NCBI RefSeq assembly: GCF_001194135.2
Contig: NC_068982.1
Span: 51,009,069-51,045,071, forward strand
Source of the DNA: Octopus bimaculoides
Taxonomy: Eukaryota
Length of the DNA: 36,003 bases
Reading direction: 5' to 3'
The notes beneath the pieces are model-generated. The model was not told the DNA's origin, did not search any database, and was given only the letters and a program-made list of their open reading frames with translations. This document shows, piece by piece, positions 1 to 12,996 of the stretch (position 1 is its first letter; each line of letters opens with the position of its first letter). The position numbers and the translations under genes are program-made.

Positions 1-30
<30 letters not shown>

Positions 31-34
<4 letters not shown>

Positions 35-130
35 TAGAAAACACTTTCCCAAAGCACCGCGCAATGGGAGTGAACCCGAAACCACGGGTGGCAAAGCGAG
101 CTTCTTAACCACATAGCCATACCTGCGCCT
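31..130 (-). mobile_element. tRNA-headed SINE family A, head fragment
   Basis: Reverse complement reads GGCGCAGGTATGGCTATGTGGTTAAG...GGTTTCGGGTTCACTCCC (Pol III A/B-box-like); homologous to 1740-1863 and 25871-26023; truncated at (TA)n. Confidence 0.85.
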
Positions 131-1479
131 TCACAGCCAAGATAAACTACTGATGACTGAAAAAATATATTAACTTAGATAAAGATCTTATGGAACCTAC
201 GTCAAAACAAAACAAAACTAATTTCTCTAAAATGTTTATCCCAACGCACATCACTGTTTTTGATAATTCACCAACATTAGCAAATTAATATCATTTTAAA
301 ATCGTTTTAAGAATACTTTAAAGACTATTTTATGCATGTACTTTTAAAATCGTGATGTGTGAATTATTAAAATTATAAAACTATCTATTTTTAAAGTTTT
401 CATTCCAGAATTTTCTCAAACGAGATAGAAACCGAAGATATTTAATTTGAGTAATATAAAATCTTCGTCTAATTTTGAAAATATAACAGAATATCACACT
501 TTTATTATTCATAACAATTAATTGGGCTACTTATTTTGTCATAAATTCTAATTTCAGAGAGACGTAATTAAGAGTGGGTAAGCCAAATTTTCATACCTAA
601 AAAGATAAAATATAATTCAAAGAAATATTTTATGTTCTGTTAAAAGACTTCCATTAGTAGAAATTGATTATACTCCAAAAATGTCATTTATTTCTATTAC
701 AATTTGAGGGATATAAATTGATTTACGAAATAGTCTATGATAATTGAGTGATAATGTCATTTTATTATAGCAGTGTATCACACCATGTAGAAAATGTTTG
801 AAAATAAAGACGAATAATGGACACGAAACTATCCAATGAGTTGTGTTTTTATTGTTATTGTTGTTTATTTCTTAAGCCTGTGAATATAGAGAAAGGGGAC
901 CAAACCTGTTTGTGATCAACTGATGAGTCAACAGCATGTTAGGTGTAAACATGTTTTTGTGCAATTGCTGGTCACATGACTGATATGACTCATTGATCTT
1001 CTCCTGAAAATTATGTCGTTCTCTTTCCTATTGAAGGAAGCCTTCATATAATGAGAAAAGTGGGGATAGTGAAAAACATAACGACATTAATCCTGCTGGT
1101 TGTGAAAATGTAAAATGGAAGTAATGCAGATATTTTGTGCGTACAAACATTAGTCTTGGATTGCCAGTTATTCCACATGGATACATTATCTGGAAAGATA
1201 TATATATATATCGAGGAGAGATTGATATTAACCCGAATATATATATTGTAGCATTTCGATTGATTTGGATGTTAATTCCAGTATATTTATGTATGTTGTC
1301 AAACATCTTTGTTAAAATAATGAAGCGCTCATTTTTTTCTCATATTTATATCAAAACCCCCAAATTTTTATTCTAGAGTCACCAAATTGACTGTATTTTG
1401 TGTATTTATTATAAATAATGTTAGTTAAATATTATATGAATTTCTCGAGTTATTTCGTAAAAATATATCTGTTATATTT

Positions 1480-1656
1480 TACTAGTCTCAGTCATTGGAC
1501 TACGGCCATGCTGGGGCACCGACTTGAAAAGTTTTAGGTGAACGAATCGACCTCAGTACTTATTCTTTTTAAGCCTGGTTCTTATCGTGTTGATCTCTTA
1601 GACCGAACCGCTAAGTTATGGGGACATAAATATCGATTGTCAAACGATGGTGGGCT

Positions 1657-1716
<60 letters not shown>

Positions 1717-1863
1717 GTATGCACACACGACATGCTTCTACTCACAAGGCTTTCATCGGCCCCGGAGCTATAGTAGAGGACACTTACCCAAGGTGTTACG
1801 CAATGGGAACCCAGAACTGTTTGGTTCGGAAGCAAACTTTTTACCACACAACTACGCCTGCAC
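1480..1863 (-). mobile_element. tRNA-headed SINE family A, near full length (head, internal CA/TA microsatellite, tail)
   Basis: Head at about 1740-1863, (CA)n(TA)n linker at about 1657-1717, tail ...CATGGCCGTAGTCCAATGACTGAGAC shared with 23095-23285 and 25190-25385. Confidence 0.9.
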
Positions 1864-2284
1864 TTATATATTTAACAATTCCCTTAATCAATGTTGCTAC
1901 TGATTTCAACGCAACATTGTCTCAATTATATTTTCGTAACTGTTTTCGATAACACTCCCTACAAAATGTTATAACAATACAAAATTTAAATAAGGAAGTT
2001 AATTTTGTTTTCTTGCAGAGAAAACATTTTGTGACAAATAATTGATTGAATTTCTTTATTTCGAGAAATTTTATTTATAATGTCAAATTTTCTCCGGGCC
2101 ATTGGGCACTGCTACTGCTGTCAATAGACATAAGATGTAAGTAAAAACGCATGTGGTCGTAGTGCAATTAATTTTAAAAGTCCTTTGTGTTTCGTATTTC
2201 CTAACATATGTCGATGATTCATCTGGAACAACGACTAATAGGATTTCAGCTGGGCAGTTCATGTTTTCAAGCCAATTGTTTCAG

Positions 2285-2391
2285 AAATAACGAACGAACG
2301 AATAGTTAGAGAAGGGACCGATACTACTATACATATTACTATGGAAACCAAAATTGTAAAGGAACAAGTAAAGCTTGAAAAGTTCGTGTGA
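2285..2391 (+). CDS. Speculative terminal coding exon, (E)ITNERIVREGTDTTIHITMETKIVKEQVKLEKFV*
   Basis: TTTCAG acceptor at 2283-84; frame open from 2242 to TGA at 2389-91; AATAAA motifs follow. No recognised homology. Confidence 0.2.
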
Positions 2392-2422
2392 AAAAATTAA
2401 TAAATCAATAAATAAATGAATT

Positions 2423-2487
2423 AATGATGATGATGATGATGATGAGGACGATGACGACGACGACAACCAAAACAACAATAATAATAA
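2423..2487 (+). repeat. Compound trinucleotide microsatellite (GAT)n-(GAC)n-(AAC)n-(AAT)n
   Basis: Read directly from sequence. Confidence 0.9.
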
Positions 2488-4811
2488 CTGAAAGAAAATA
2501 CGACAAACACGTGTGGACCGGCATGTTACAGAGATAATTGTCGTGTAGGGGAAGGAGACAGATGACATATGACATACAAGTCAATTCAGTACAAGAATTA
2601 AGATTGATGTTCTCTAAGCGTAAAGGACTGTTGTTCACTAGACAGACACAAAAGATTCTCATGAAGCAAAGCCAAAAGCAAGAGATCAATATATATCTAT
2701 ATCTATTCTAAGAGAAATATTTCTATTAACAAAAAACAAAAGACGAAGTATTTTTTAAATACAGTTGTTTTGCCCGTTTATTTGGTTCTTTGTCGAATTT
2801 AATAAAAGAAAAAAGAAAAGGGCTAAATATGTTTAAAATTGGGAAAACAACTGTAATTAACACTAATTAAAACATAATATTTTTTTTATGATTTTCAGGA
2901 AAATAGAGAATAATTCCATGGTTTCATTTTTTTTTTCTTTTTTTGTTAGTTTTCACATAAAAGTTACGGGGAAATCCTGCCTTTGTGTATGTGAGAGAGA
3001 GAGAGAGAGGAAATTATTTTGGTATCTACTTCCTGTAGCCACAAAGATTTCCCCATAGGTGGGTAGATAAGATGGACAGAAAGAAGGATGGAATAACCTA
3101 ACGAATTTATTGACACCTGATATTTTAGTAAGAAACCAAATAATATTCTTTTCATAATCAGGCCATTCACAACAGTTTTGTTTGTCTTTAAGATTATATT
3201 TATATCCGTTAATACAATGAGAATCATAAAAGGCAATCGGAATATACGTACGTATATATGTACACACACATATAGTTAAAATCATAGTTTTATTCGGGTT
3301 ATAGCTATACACATTGAAGCACTCTGAGCAAACCATGTCCACAGTTACTGGCTACCTGATGTTAACATCAGTAGTGATGCATATGCTATTGGATTTACTT
3401 CAGAAACTCCTTGATATCCATCGAGTTTATATAAAGGAAGGAAGAAAGGAAATATATTTTCTCTCTTTGATCACACACACACACACACACAGACACACAC
3501 ACACACACACATANNNNNNNNNNTATGCATGTGTATATATTCATACATACATACATACATACATACATACATACATACATACACACACACACATATATCA
3601 CTTCAAATGCTACTTAAAGTATGAGAAAACTCCCCTTAACATTCCCCTGCAATCGTGATAATGCTAAACTGATACCTCTACTTTTCTTTGGGAAGGTATT
3701 AATTATTATATGTGATTTTATCTCATTTTAACGATGTTGGTCATCAAATAACTAGAACAAAAGATTATGCAGTTTAATGTTCTGGTAAGTATATGTTAAG
3801 TGAGAATTCTTGACTGTATATTACCCATTTCCTGTATTTCAAAGCATTTTAAAAAGATAATATGATACTTGACAGATCAATGACTGTGTTTATAGATGTA
3901 AAGTTACTTAGTTTTTCACGACCACTTTTTTACATTGTTATTTTGATATATCTACTTCAAATATGTTAATTGTACTTATCTAAGATTTTCTCATAAAGAT
4001 TTTTTTAATGTGACGTCTTGATACCGTTATACAAATAATTCAAGCCTTAGAATTGATATATATGTTAATGATGATGTAAAAAATCTGATTGATAAATGAC
4101 GATGTAATAATTCATGCTTATGTAAATATTTTATTTCTAAAAAATAACAGTGAAGATTTTAATATTTGATTGCTAACGATAAGTTAGCATACATATTGAG
4201 AATACATATTTTCATCATAGTATTACTAGTTTAAGGTGTCTTGCTATAGACACTCAGTAGAAATCCTGTTACAAAATGCGAAAATATATATGAAAAGCAA
4301 CGAGTAACGAGAGATCCTCAATGGGATCTGCTAAAAATTCCCTTCAAATTACACAAATTACATCTTATAAAAGAAAGCATATTTAATAATATAAAATATT
4401 ATTCATAAAAACAAGACAGATCGGTCATGTTTGGGAAATATTAGAGCATAGATCAACTCAATCAAGTATTGACCTAGGGAAACTAACAATAAAAGGGGTA
4501 ATAGAATTATCTATATATCAATATAGACGAAAGAAATCACTTAGCTAATCAGCTTTATACAGATCCGTTATAAATTACCCAAACATATTTATCAACAAAA
4601 ATAGATGTTAACACAGTAATTGCTATTGCATTGGAAGATTATGTATGAAATTAACCAATAACCTGGAGTTCAAAACAGTAAAAAAAAATATGTATACTGT
4701 GATCTATCATTATAGATTTATTGACTGAATAAAAAGCGACTCAAACTAATAAAAAAATTGAAACAGTGGATTGGATAAATGAGCTGATATGCAATCCGAT
4801 ATAGATATAAA

Positions 4812-6002
4812 CAGGGTGTTCCGAAAAATGTATACACACTCTAAAAGTTGATAACTCAATTCGATTTTTTTCCAGATTTAAATCATTAGCAATAATGATT
4901 TCAAATTTTGGCACAAGGCCAGCAATTTCGAAGGGAGGAGTAAATCGATTACATCGAACCCAGTGCTCTGGTACTTATTTTATCGTCTTCGAAAGGATGA
5001 AATGCAAAGTCGACCTCAACGGGATTTGAATTCAGATCGTGAAAACGGACGAAATGCCGCTACACATTATGCTCGGCGTGCTAACGATTCGCCGCCTTGC
5101 CATTTACAATAATGAAGTAAGTCAGATTAAGCTTTAAACAAAGGAAATTTATCATAAAGTGTTACTGGACGTCTGAAAACGAAATCGAAATATAAATACT
5201 TTCGGAGGGTATACCAAATAGATATTCGCCTACATGACTTACAATCCATTTGAATTAGAGATAAGTCTGTAGTAGATAAAACTTTTCAGATTCTCCGCAA
5301 GAAACGTTCTGGAAGATCGCGACATCGACAAGTCCCACAAAATAGGCAAGGGTATTGGAAACATATTGCCAGAGTTCAAGAAAATCTATGCAGCAAGCGA
5401 ATCGTGAGATAGAATTTTCAAAATCAAGTGACAATCGTATTTTGAAGCACTGTCATTGGAAAAGTTACATTCCAAATATAGTCCATGCTCACAAGAAGAT
5501 GGTTCGAACCGAAGAATGGAGTTTTGCGGACTATACTTGGCAAAATGTGTTAGAAAGATGCACTCTTTCCAACAATATTGTCTGGAGTGATGAGGCTACA
5601 GTCAAATTGAATGGTTCAATGAACCTTGATGACATTCTGCCAGACATGTAGATTGCACGAGAATACCCTATATTTTTTCTTTTTCTTTTTTTTTTTGTAT
5701 GGGAATACTTAAAAGATAAAGTTTACGTACAAAACCAGCAACAGTCGATGAATTGAAGACAGCCAATTGAAGAGAACATGCACAAATACCAACGAAATAT
5801 TTCTTGGTATATGCGATTCCATTACTTTGCGTTATCAGCAGTGCGTGAGCCAGAACGGTAAAAAAAATTGTAAACAAACGTTCATAAGAAAATTAAATTC
5901 TGTCTGTAGATTCTATTAAAACTTTGAAAATGGAATTAATTTTGATAAACACTGACTTTATAATCATTCAATATGTGCACATACATTATTGAGACACCTT
6001 GT
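4812..6002 (+). mobile_element. Decayed Tc1/mariner-superfamily element (DUF4817-like, DDxD type) with both TIRs, internal deletion and nested SINE
   Basis: Left TIR CAGGGTGTTCCGAAAAATGTATACAC (4812) resembles the reverse complement of 5974-6002 (ACAAGGTGTCTCAATAATGTATGTGCAC). Broken transposase pieces: RSGRS, RILKHCHWKSY, IVWSDEATVKLNGSMN, WEYLKDKVY-KPATVDELKTA, DSITLRYQQCVSQNG. Confidence 0.8.
4891..5096 (-). mobile_element. tRNA-headed SINE family B, full length, nested in the DDxD element
   Basis: Reverse complement aligns along its length with the + copy at 9537-9748 (GAATCGTTAGCACGCC...GTCGACTTTGC.TTTCATCCTT...GCCTTGTGCCAAAA). Confidence 0.9.
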
Positions 6003-6929
6003 GTGTGTGTGTGTGTGTATACATACATACATACATACATATATATACATATATATATATATATATANNNNNNNNNNNNNNNNNNNNNNNNNNNNNNNNN
6101 NNNNNNNNNNNNNNNNNNNNNNNNNNNNNNNNNNNNNNNNNNNNNNNNNNNNNNNNNNGCCTCTGTTGTATTATCTTGGTTTCTCTAGTTCGTTATCTAA
6201 CATAAATTCAGACTTCTGTACAAACCACTTCATACTCTCTTTTTTATTCGTTTTAAATAATATTAACTATCTGAGCCTCAGTGTGGCTCCAGTAAAGATT
6301 GCATACATTAAAGAAGAATATTGAAAAAAAAGTTTTTTTTTTTTTCAAAATCTGTAAAATACGCCATTAATATTTGCATAATTTTAATCAAGTATTAGAT
6401 CTTATTAACTCACATAATAGATAACATATTTTCTCTATTTTATTATATACATGAAAACAGATAATCTCAGTTCCTATTGTACATGACAAAATTAGAAAGA
6501 AAATGCAGCTTTTTTTTTTAATAATTAGAAAATTGTCCTCATAAGAAAAAAAGAAAAGAAAGAAAATGGTCAATTCAGAATTACTTCCCAAAATTATTCT
6601 ATTATGATATAAATATTGATAAAGAAGAATGCAAGAAGGTCGAAATTAATAGAAAATCATAATATCAAGAAGGAGACATTGAAAAAAATTCATAACAGCG
6701 TTAAATGTATAGAAGAACAATAGCGTTTTCTATATTTAACACCCAATAGCTTGTAATAATCAGATCCAGAACCAATAAATAAAAGGTCTATATTGCAATG
6801 CTTTTAATCACATTCTCTCCCTCCCCTCTCTTTCTACATATATGCATGTATATGTGTATGTATATATATATATAATTAAACCTTGGGAGAGGCATTATGC
6901 CGGTAATAAACATACGAAATACACATATG

Positions 6930-6976
<47 letters not shown>

Positions 6977-7815
6977 NNNNNNNNNNNNNNNNNNNNNNNN
7001 NNNNNNNNNNNNNNNNNNNNNNNNNNNNNNNNNNNNNNNNNNNNNNNNNNNNNNNNNNNNNNNNNNNNNNNNNNNNNNNNNNNNNNNNNNNNNNNNNNNN
7101 NNNNNNNNNNNNNNNNNNNNNNNNNNNNNNNNNNNNNNNNNNNNNNNNNNNNNNNNNNNNNNNNNNNNNNNNNNNNNNNNNNNNNNNNNNNNNNNNNNNN
7201 NNNNNNNNNNNNNNNNNNNNNNNNNNNNNNNNNNNNNNNNNNNNNNNNNNNNNNNNNNNNNNNNNNNNNNNNNNNNNNNNNNNNNNNNNNNNNNNNNNNN
7301 NNNNNNNNNNNNNNNNNNNNNNNNNNNNNNNNNNNNNNNNNNNNNNNNNNNNNNNNNNNNNNNNNNNNNNNNNNNNNNNNNNNNNNNNNNNNNNNNNNNN
7401 NNNNNNNNNNNNNNNNNNNNNNNNNNNNNNNNNNNNNNNNNNNNNNNNNNNNNNNNNNNNNNNNNNNNNNNNNNNNNNNNNNNNNNNNNNNNNNNNNNNN
7501 NNNNNNNNNNNNNNNNNNNNNNNNNNNNNNNNNNNNNNNNNNNNNNNNNNNNNNNNNNNNNNNNNNNNNNNNNNNNNNNNNNNNNNNNNNNNNNNNNNNN
7601 NNNNNNNNNNNNNNNNNNNNNNNNNNNNNNNNNNNNNNNNNNNNNNNNNNNNNNNNNNNNNNNNNNNNNNNNNNNNNNNNNNNNNNNNNNNNNNNNNNNN
7701 NNNNNNNNNNNNNNNNNNNNNNNNNNNNNNNNNNNNNNNNNNNNNNNNNNNNNNNNNNNNNNNNNNNNNNNNNNNNNNNNNNNNNNNNNNNNNNNNNNNN
7801 NNNNNNNNNNNNNNN

Positions 7816-7862
<47 letters not shown>

Positions 7863-7916
7863 CATATATATACATATACATACATAGGATATGTATTTAT
7901 GTATGTATGTATGCAA

Positions 7917-8521
7917 GTAAGGGCTAAGGAGATATCAGAAAAATCCAGTTCATTTTGGGATAGAGTGATTTTCTCAGATGAATCCAGATTTGCATTATTT
8001 TCAGACAGTAGACGTGTTTGGGTCTAGAGGCTTCCCAGTCAAGAATTTAATTTGAAACGACTCCAACCAACTGTTAAACATGGTAGTATCTCTGTAATGG
8101 TATGGCGTGCTGTCACCAGAAATGGTCGTTCTGAGCTGATCGAATGTGTTGGAACCATAAACTCTGAAAAATACATCGAAATACTTAAGCAAGGACAACT
8201 TCCGATGTATTTACACGATAACATAACGAAAAATGAGTTTTTATTCATGGAAGATGGACTCCATGTCACACAGCGAAAAGAAATCAACAATGGCTGACTG
8301 GAAATGGGATCAAAAAGATTCCTTGCCCGAGCCAATCTCCTGACATGAACCCAATTGAAAATCTTTGGAGAATACTAGATAGAGGTATACGAAAAACTCG
8401 ACAGAAACCCAAATCTAATGATGAATTGAAAAGTGAAAAGTGGACAGAAATTCCACATGAGACAATCACAAAGCTCATCAGTTCAATGCCAAAAAGAGTT
8501 TCTGAATTAAAAACTGCAACT
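7917..8521 (+). pseudogene. Tc1 (DD34E) transposase relic, catalytic domain
   Basis: WDRVIFSDESRF ... PTVKHGSISVMVW ... FMEDG[frameshift]PCHTAK ... SQSPDMNPIENLW. After correcting a 1-nt deletion there are 34 residues between the second D and the E. One stop and one frameshift. Confidence 0.9.
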
Positions 8522-8590
8522 NNNNNNNNNNTATGTATGTATGTATGTATGTGTGTGTGTGTGTATGTATGTATATATATAACTTTTATC

Positions 8591-8712
8591 TTTTATTTGT
8601 TTCGGTCTTTGAACTGCTGCCATGCTGGAGCACTACCTTGAAGCGTTTCGTCGAATAAATCTACCCCAGTACTTATTATAAAGCCTGATACTCATTCTAT
8701 CAGTCTCTTTTG
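8591..8712 (-). mobile_element. SINE family A tail fragment
   Basis: Reverse complement matches the family A tail (CAAAAGAGACTGATAGAATGAGTATC...GCTCCAGCATGGCAGCAG). Confidence 0.85.
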
Positions 8713-9064
8713 TAACCATGTCGTTTCGGGTTCAGTCCCCAATGCGTGGTGTCTTGGGCAAAGTGTCTTCTTGCTCAGCCCCTGGCCGACCAATGCTTGT
8801 GAGTGAATTTGGTAGACGCAAGCTATGTGGAAGCCGGCTGTGTATGTGTTTATGTGTATATGTTTATATTTATGAGTGTTTGTTCCTTCATCAGTTGACA
8901 ACCGGTATTGGTTTGTTGACGTTCCATAATTTAGCTGCTCGGTCAAAAGTACCGATAGAATAAGTACCAGATTTAAGATAAGTCCTGGGGTCGTTTTTGT
9001 TCGACGAAATCTTCAAAGCAGCATTCCTGATAGGCCTAAATCCAATGATTGAAACAAGCAGAAG
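8713..9064 (+). mobile_element. SINE family A, 5'-clipped (lacks A box)
   Basis: Begins AACCATGTCGTTTCGGGTTCAGTCCC (B box), then body, degenerate GT/AT linker and tail to GATTGAAACAAG. Confidence 0.85.
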
Positions 9065-9536
9065 TGTAAAATGTTCTCCGTCTATAATATATAATATATT
9101 ATTATATATGTATGCATATAAATGTATGTGTGTGATTTTTTCTATATCTCTCTATCTCGTTCTTTCTCTCGCTCTTTCTCTCTCGCACTCTCTGTCTCTC
9201 TTTCTTACACACACACACTCTCATTAGTTTCTCCTTTTCCACTCCTTACCCAGATAGGTAGAATCAGATTAATTACCAGCATTGAAAGTCATAGTCATCT
9301 ACTGGTAAACTAGGCCAAGATGTGAGATCCAAAATTCAGCAAACTTACTGCTTGCAGAAGGACGACGTCTTTCAACAAGCTATAAGACGATTTGTAAACT
9401 TAGAAAAAAAGGTGTTTTATTTTTATCAGAAAAAAAGACTCAATTCTCATAGAATTCTTTCATGATGAGAATTGTTTTTGATATTTGTTAAACATATTGG
9501 AGAAACTTAATGAGCTTAATATATTTTTGCGAAAAA

Positions 9537-9748
9537 GGCGACGAACTGGCAGAATCGTTAGCACGCCTGGCAAAATGCCTAGTGGCATTTCGCCTGTCTT
9601 TATGTTCTGAGTTCAAACTTCGCTAAGGTCGACTTTGCCTTTCATCCTTCGAGGTCGATAAAATAAGTACCAGTTAAGCACTGGGGTCGATGTGTTCGAC
9701 TTACTCCTTCGTCCGAAATTGCTGGCCTTGTGCCAAAACTTGAAATCA
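9537..9748 (+). mobile_element. SINE family B, full length
   Basis: GGCGACGAACTGGCAGAATCGTTAGC (A box) ... GAGTTCAAAC (B box) ... central GTCGACTTTGCCTTTCATCCTTCGAGGTCGATAAAATAAGTACCAG. Confidence 0.9.
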
Positions 9749-10929
9749 ATTTACTAGCTCACGAAAAAATTTCAGGCCTTGTATGTGTGTGTGTGTGCGC
9801 GCGCGCGTATGTATGTATATATGCGCAGGAAGAAGACAAACATTTTTACTTTGAAAGATGAAATCGGAGCGTTCTTGAATGAAATATACCCATGAAAATA
9901 TACAAAAGAAATTCATAAATTCTGTTTTTATCAACTGATGATTTTGTTTAAAACAATTTGACATCAAATACAAATAACCAGACCATAATCACCGTGCATT
10001 TGGTACTTGCGGATGAATAGTTTTACAAGTATTTCTAGCAGATATAGGCAACTATAAATTAGCTTCTGTCCAAATCCCATTCATTGTAGTAATGAAGCAG
10101 GTAAAACATTTTTTTATTCTTTCAAGGCTCAAAATGAATTAGTAGAGCTGTCATAAAATTCAAGATTCTTAAATTTGAATTTTCAAAAACAAATTTGAGC
10201 GGATATTTTCCTTTTTTCTTTTCTTTTTTTTTTTTGGTGGTGGTGGGTGGGGCTTGATGTGGAATCAGAATTACAAATACCAAGTGAGGTTTGTTGTGGC
10301 AACTCTTCTACTATTTTCTTCCACACGTATTTTCAGCTTTAACAAGGATACAGAAAAATCAGCGCTAAATTATCAAGGACATAGGAATTCACTAACAAAT
10401 ACCAATCAATCTTTCTGTTTAACATAATCACATATTCTTTTAATGCCTATTATATTTTATAAAATTGAAAGGGGTTTTGAAATAAAATTGTGTTAAAATG
10501 TGAGCAGGGAAGTTTAAGAGTGCTCCAGATAACATTAAAAAAAATCATCCAGCTAACCAGTAAACATTTCTTAACCCACTAATACGTAACAGTCACTTAT
10601 ACAAAGTAATGTTCTTTCCTCTCTCTATCTCTTCTTCAATAGGTCTGTCTCTATGAAGCTCAATTAACCCGTCTGTCTTCTTAAAACTTTGTGTCACTCC
10701 AACCGTAGACCGCACTAAAATCTTACCCGATCCATGCTTCACAGAATTGCAGTTGTCTAGAATTCGTCCGTCACTTGCGTTTTAATGCAAACTTTCTCCT
10801 GGTGCAGTTCGAAACGAACGTCAACAGGATCAACCTCACTTGTCTGGGAGAACCTACACACTATCGTATACTTTTTCCTCTTTCTTTTCTTTTCTCTCTA
10901 TCTGTTTTAGGTTTTCTACTAAATGATGA

Positions 10930-11130
10930 CTTCAAATACTGGCACAAAGCCATTCATTCTTGGAGTGAGAAAAGTTGACTATATCGATCAATGTAATTGA
11001 CGCATACTTATTTTGCCGAATCTGAAAGAATAAAGGTGACTCGAGTGAGATTTGAACCCAGAACGTAAAAATCACGCAGCTAAATACTGCATGGCTTATT
11101 GTCTAATGCTAACGTGTATTCTCAATCCGC
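10930..11130 (-). mobile_element. SINE family B, degenerate
   Basis: GGCACAAAGC...ATACTTATTTT...GATTTGAACCCAGAACGTAAAA...TGCTAACG occur in the order expected for the reverse strand. Confidence 0.65.
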
Positions 11131-12275
11131 AGCCTTGCTTCAACTAAATAATAAAAATTATCTTAGAAGGGTGCTTAAAAACATGCATTTCAAGAATTGA
11201 ATATATTTCCTCTCTTAAATCATTTTCTTCTAAATTCAATTAAATTATTTTGGATATGAAACATATCTTTATAAAAATAATAGCTTTAGAAGATGATCCT
11301 CAGGCAAAATATAATTTTTCAGGAATTTTTTCTTAAAAAAAATTTTTAAAAAAAAACGAAAAATACGACATAAAATTTGGAATATATATTAGAAGACACT
11401 CCTCGTTCGATAATATAAGCACTTCAAGGATATTTTTCTCACGATTTTGTAATGCTTCTAAATAAGGAGATATTGGTCCTTATCTCCTACATCTCCATTT
11501 TATAATGGAAGCCATTAAAATAAAAGATAATAATAATAATCAGTGTGACTTCACACAATAAGCTAGCAATTACCATGTTTTCCTATCGTTATTCTATTTT
11601 GTTTTCCTATTTTGATAGATAATTTAATTCAGGTTTCTTGATAAATTCCTGCGTTATTTTTCAGATTGTACATGTACATTGATATGAATATATTCCTTGT
11701 TTAAGTGAAAATTTTATATTTAGTTATATAAACATTATCAATACATTACATTTGAATGACATTTATCTATGTGTGTGCGTGCGTTTGTATGTATGTATGT
11801 ATGTATGTATGTATGTATGTATGTATGGGTGTTCTGATATGTGTTGAATTTTCCAACAAAATCTTACGGGCAGTAACAAATACGCGAATTCCGGACTACA
11901 GTTTTCACGTATGCATTCAGACGACAAGACCATGTTGAAGTATTGTTATTATAGTTATAACTCACCGTCTTTTCTATACACGTAGCTAAACAATAAGTTC
12001 TAGTGTGTAGAATCCCAGTCACATTAGCAAGATATTCAGCAGTATTATGTTACATAAATAAGTATAAAATCTTTGCACCCCATTAAGCAGTCGATAATAT
12101 TTTTAGTAATGATATCTCAACAGATTAAAAATTCATTATGTGACTACTGGTGCCTGAATTCTCAAAACCGTACAAAACATAAAAGGCTGAACTTTCAATG
12201 TTCCAAAGTACCATCGTTAACAACATTTTCTTGTATTTAGTGGTGTTTTGGGGTTTTGGTTTTGTTGTGTTTGTG

Positions 12276-12308
<33 letters not shown>

Positions 12309-12996
12309 TTCTTTTTTTTTGCATGAAATAGCTGTCGCAGAAAATAGGCGCCTCTTATCCCGTTATAATGATTTTAGGGCTGCTTATGTCTGCTTAAGGT
12401 GGCTTGAAAAATTAACATATTTTCAGAATTCTAAGTAATTTGCTGGGTCAAATGATCTGGAAAGATGTTAATAGGTTCATTATATGAACTTATTAAAAAA
12501 ACACAGGTATATGTTTGAGTTAAATAATTTTCTTTCTTTTGAAAAACTGGAGGCAATCTGATAACGATGAAAGTTTCCGAAGAAAAATTAAATATCTCAC
12601 TCATCGTTCCAAATTCAGTTTATTTTGTTATTATCAAGGGAAATTCTTTTTACATGTTTAGTTATTTGGTTGAGATAATTTACAGTCGAACCCATATATT
12701 TTTGAGTTTAAACAATAAAAAAAAATGTTACACTAAATTATCTGTATCCAAATATTTGTTGTGGCCTGCTTATGAAAAACAGAAAAATAATTTACTTACT
12801 TTTTATGTGTTTATTTATTTGGCATTTTGAATCACATAGTCGACTTGACATCGTCAAAATTATTCTACGGAAATTAATATTTTAGTTTGTGATAAATATA
12901 GGGAGAAAGTACAATGCATTAATATTTGACTTCTCGAAATAACAATATATTAATTAATTGTTATGCCCTGGAAAGAAGTACATATACACATTTAGA

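Noticed and set aside
2953-3342. 129-aa minus-strand ORF
   Set aside because: Includes microsatellite-derived segments; no recognisable domain or splice support.
10600-10900. GC-richer island containing CGAAACGAACGTC
   Set aside because: No upstream CUGANGA-like box and no recognisable coding or repeat identity; left unannotated.
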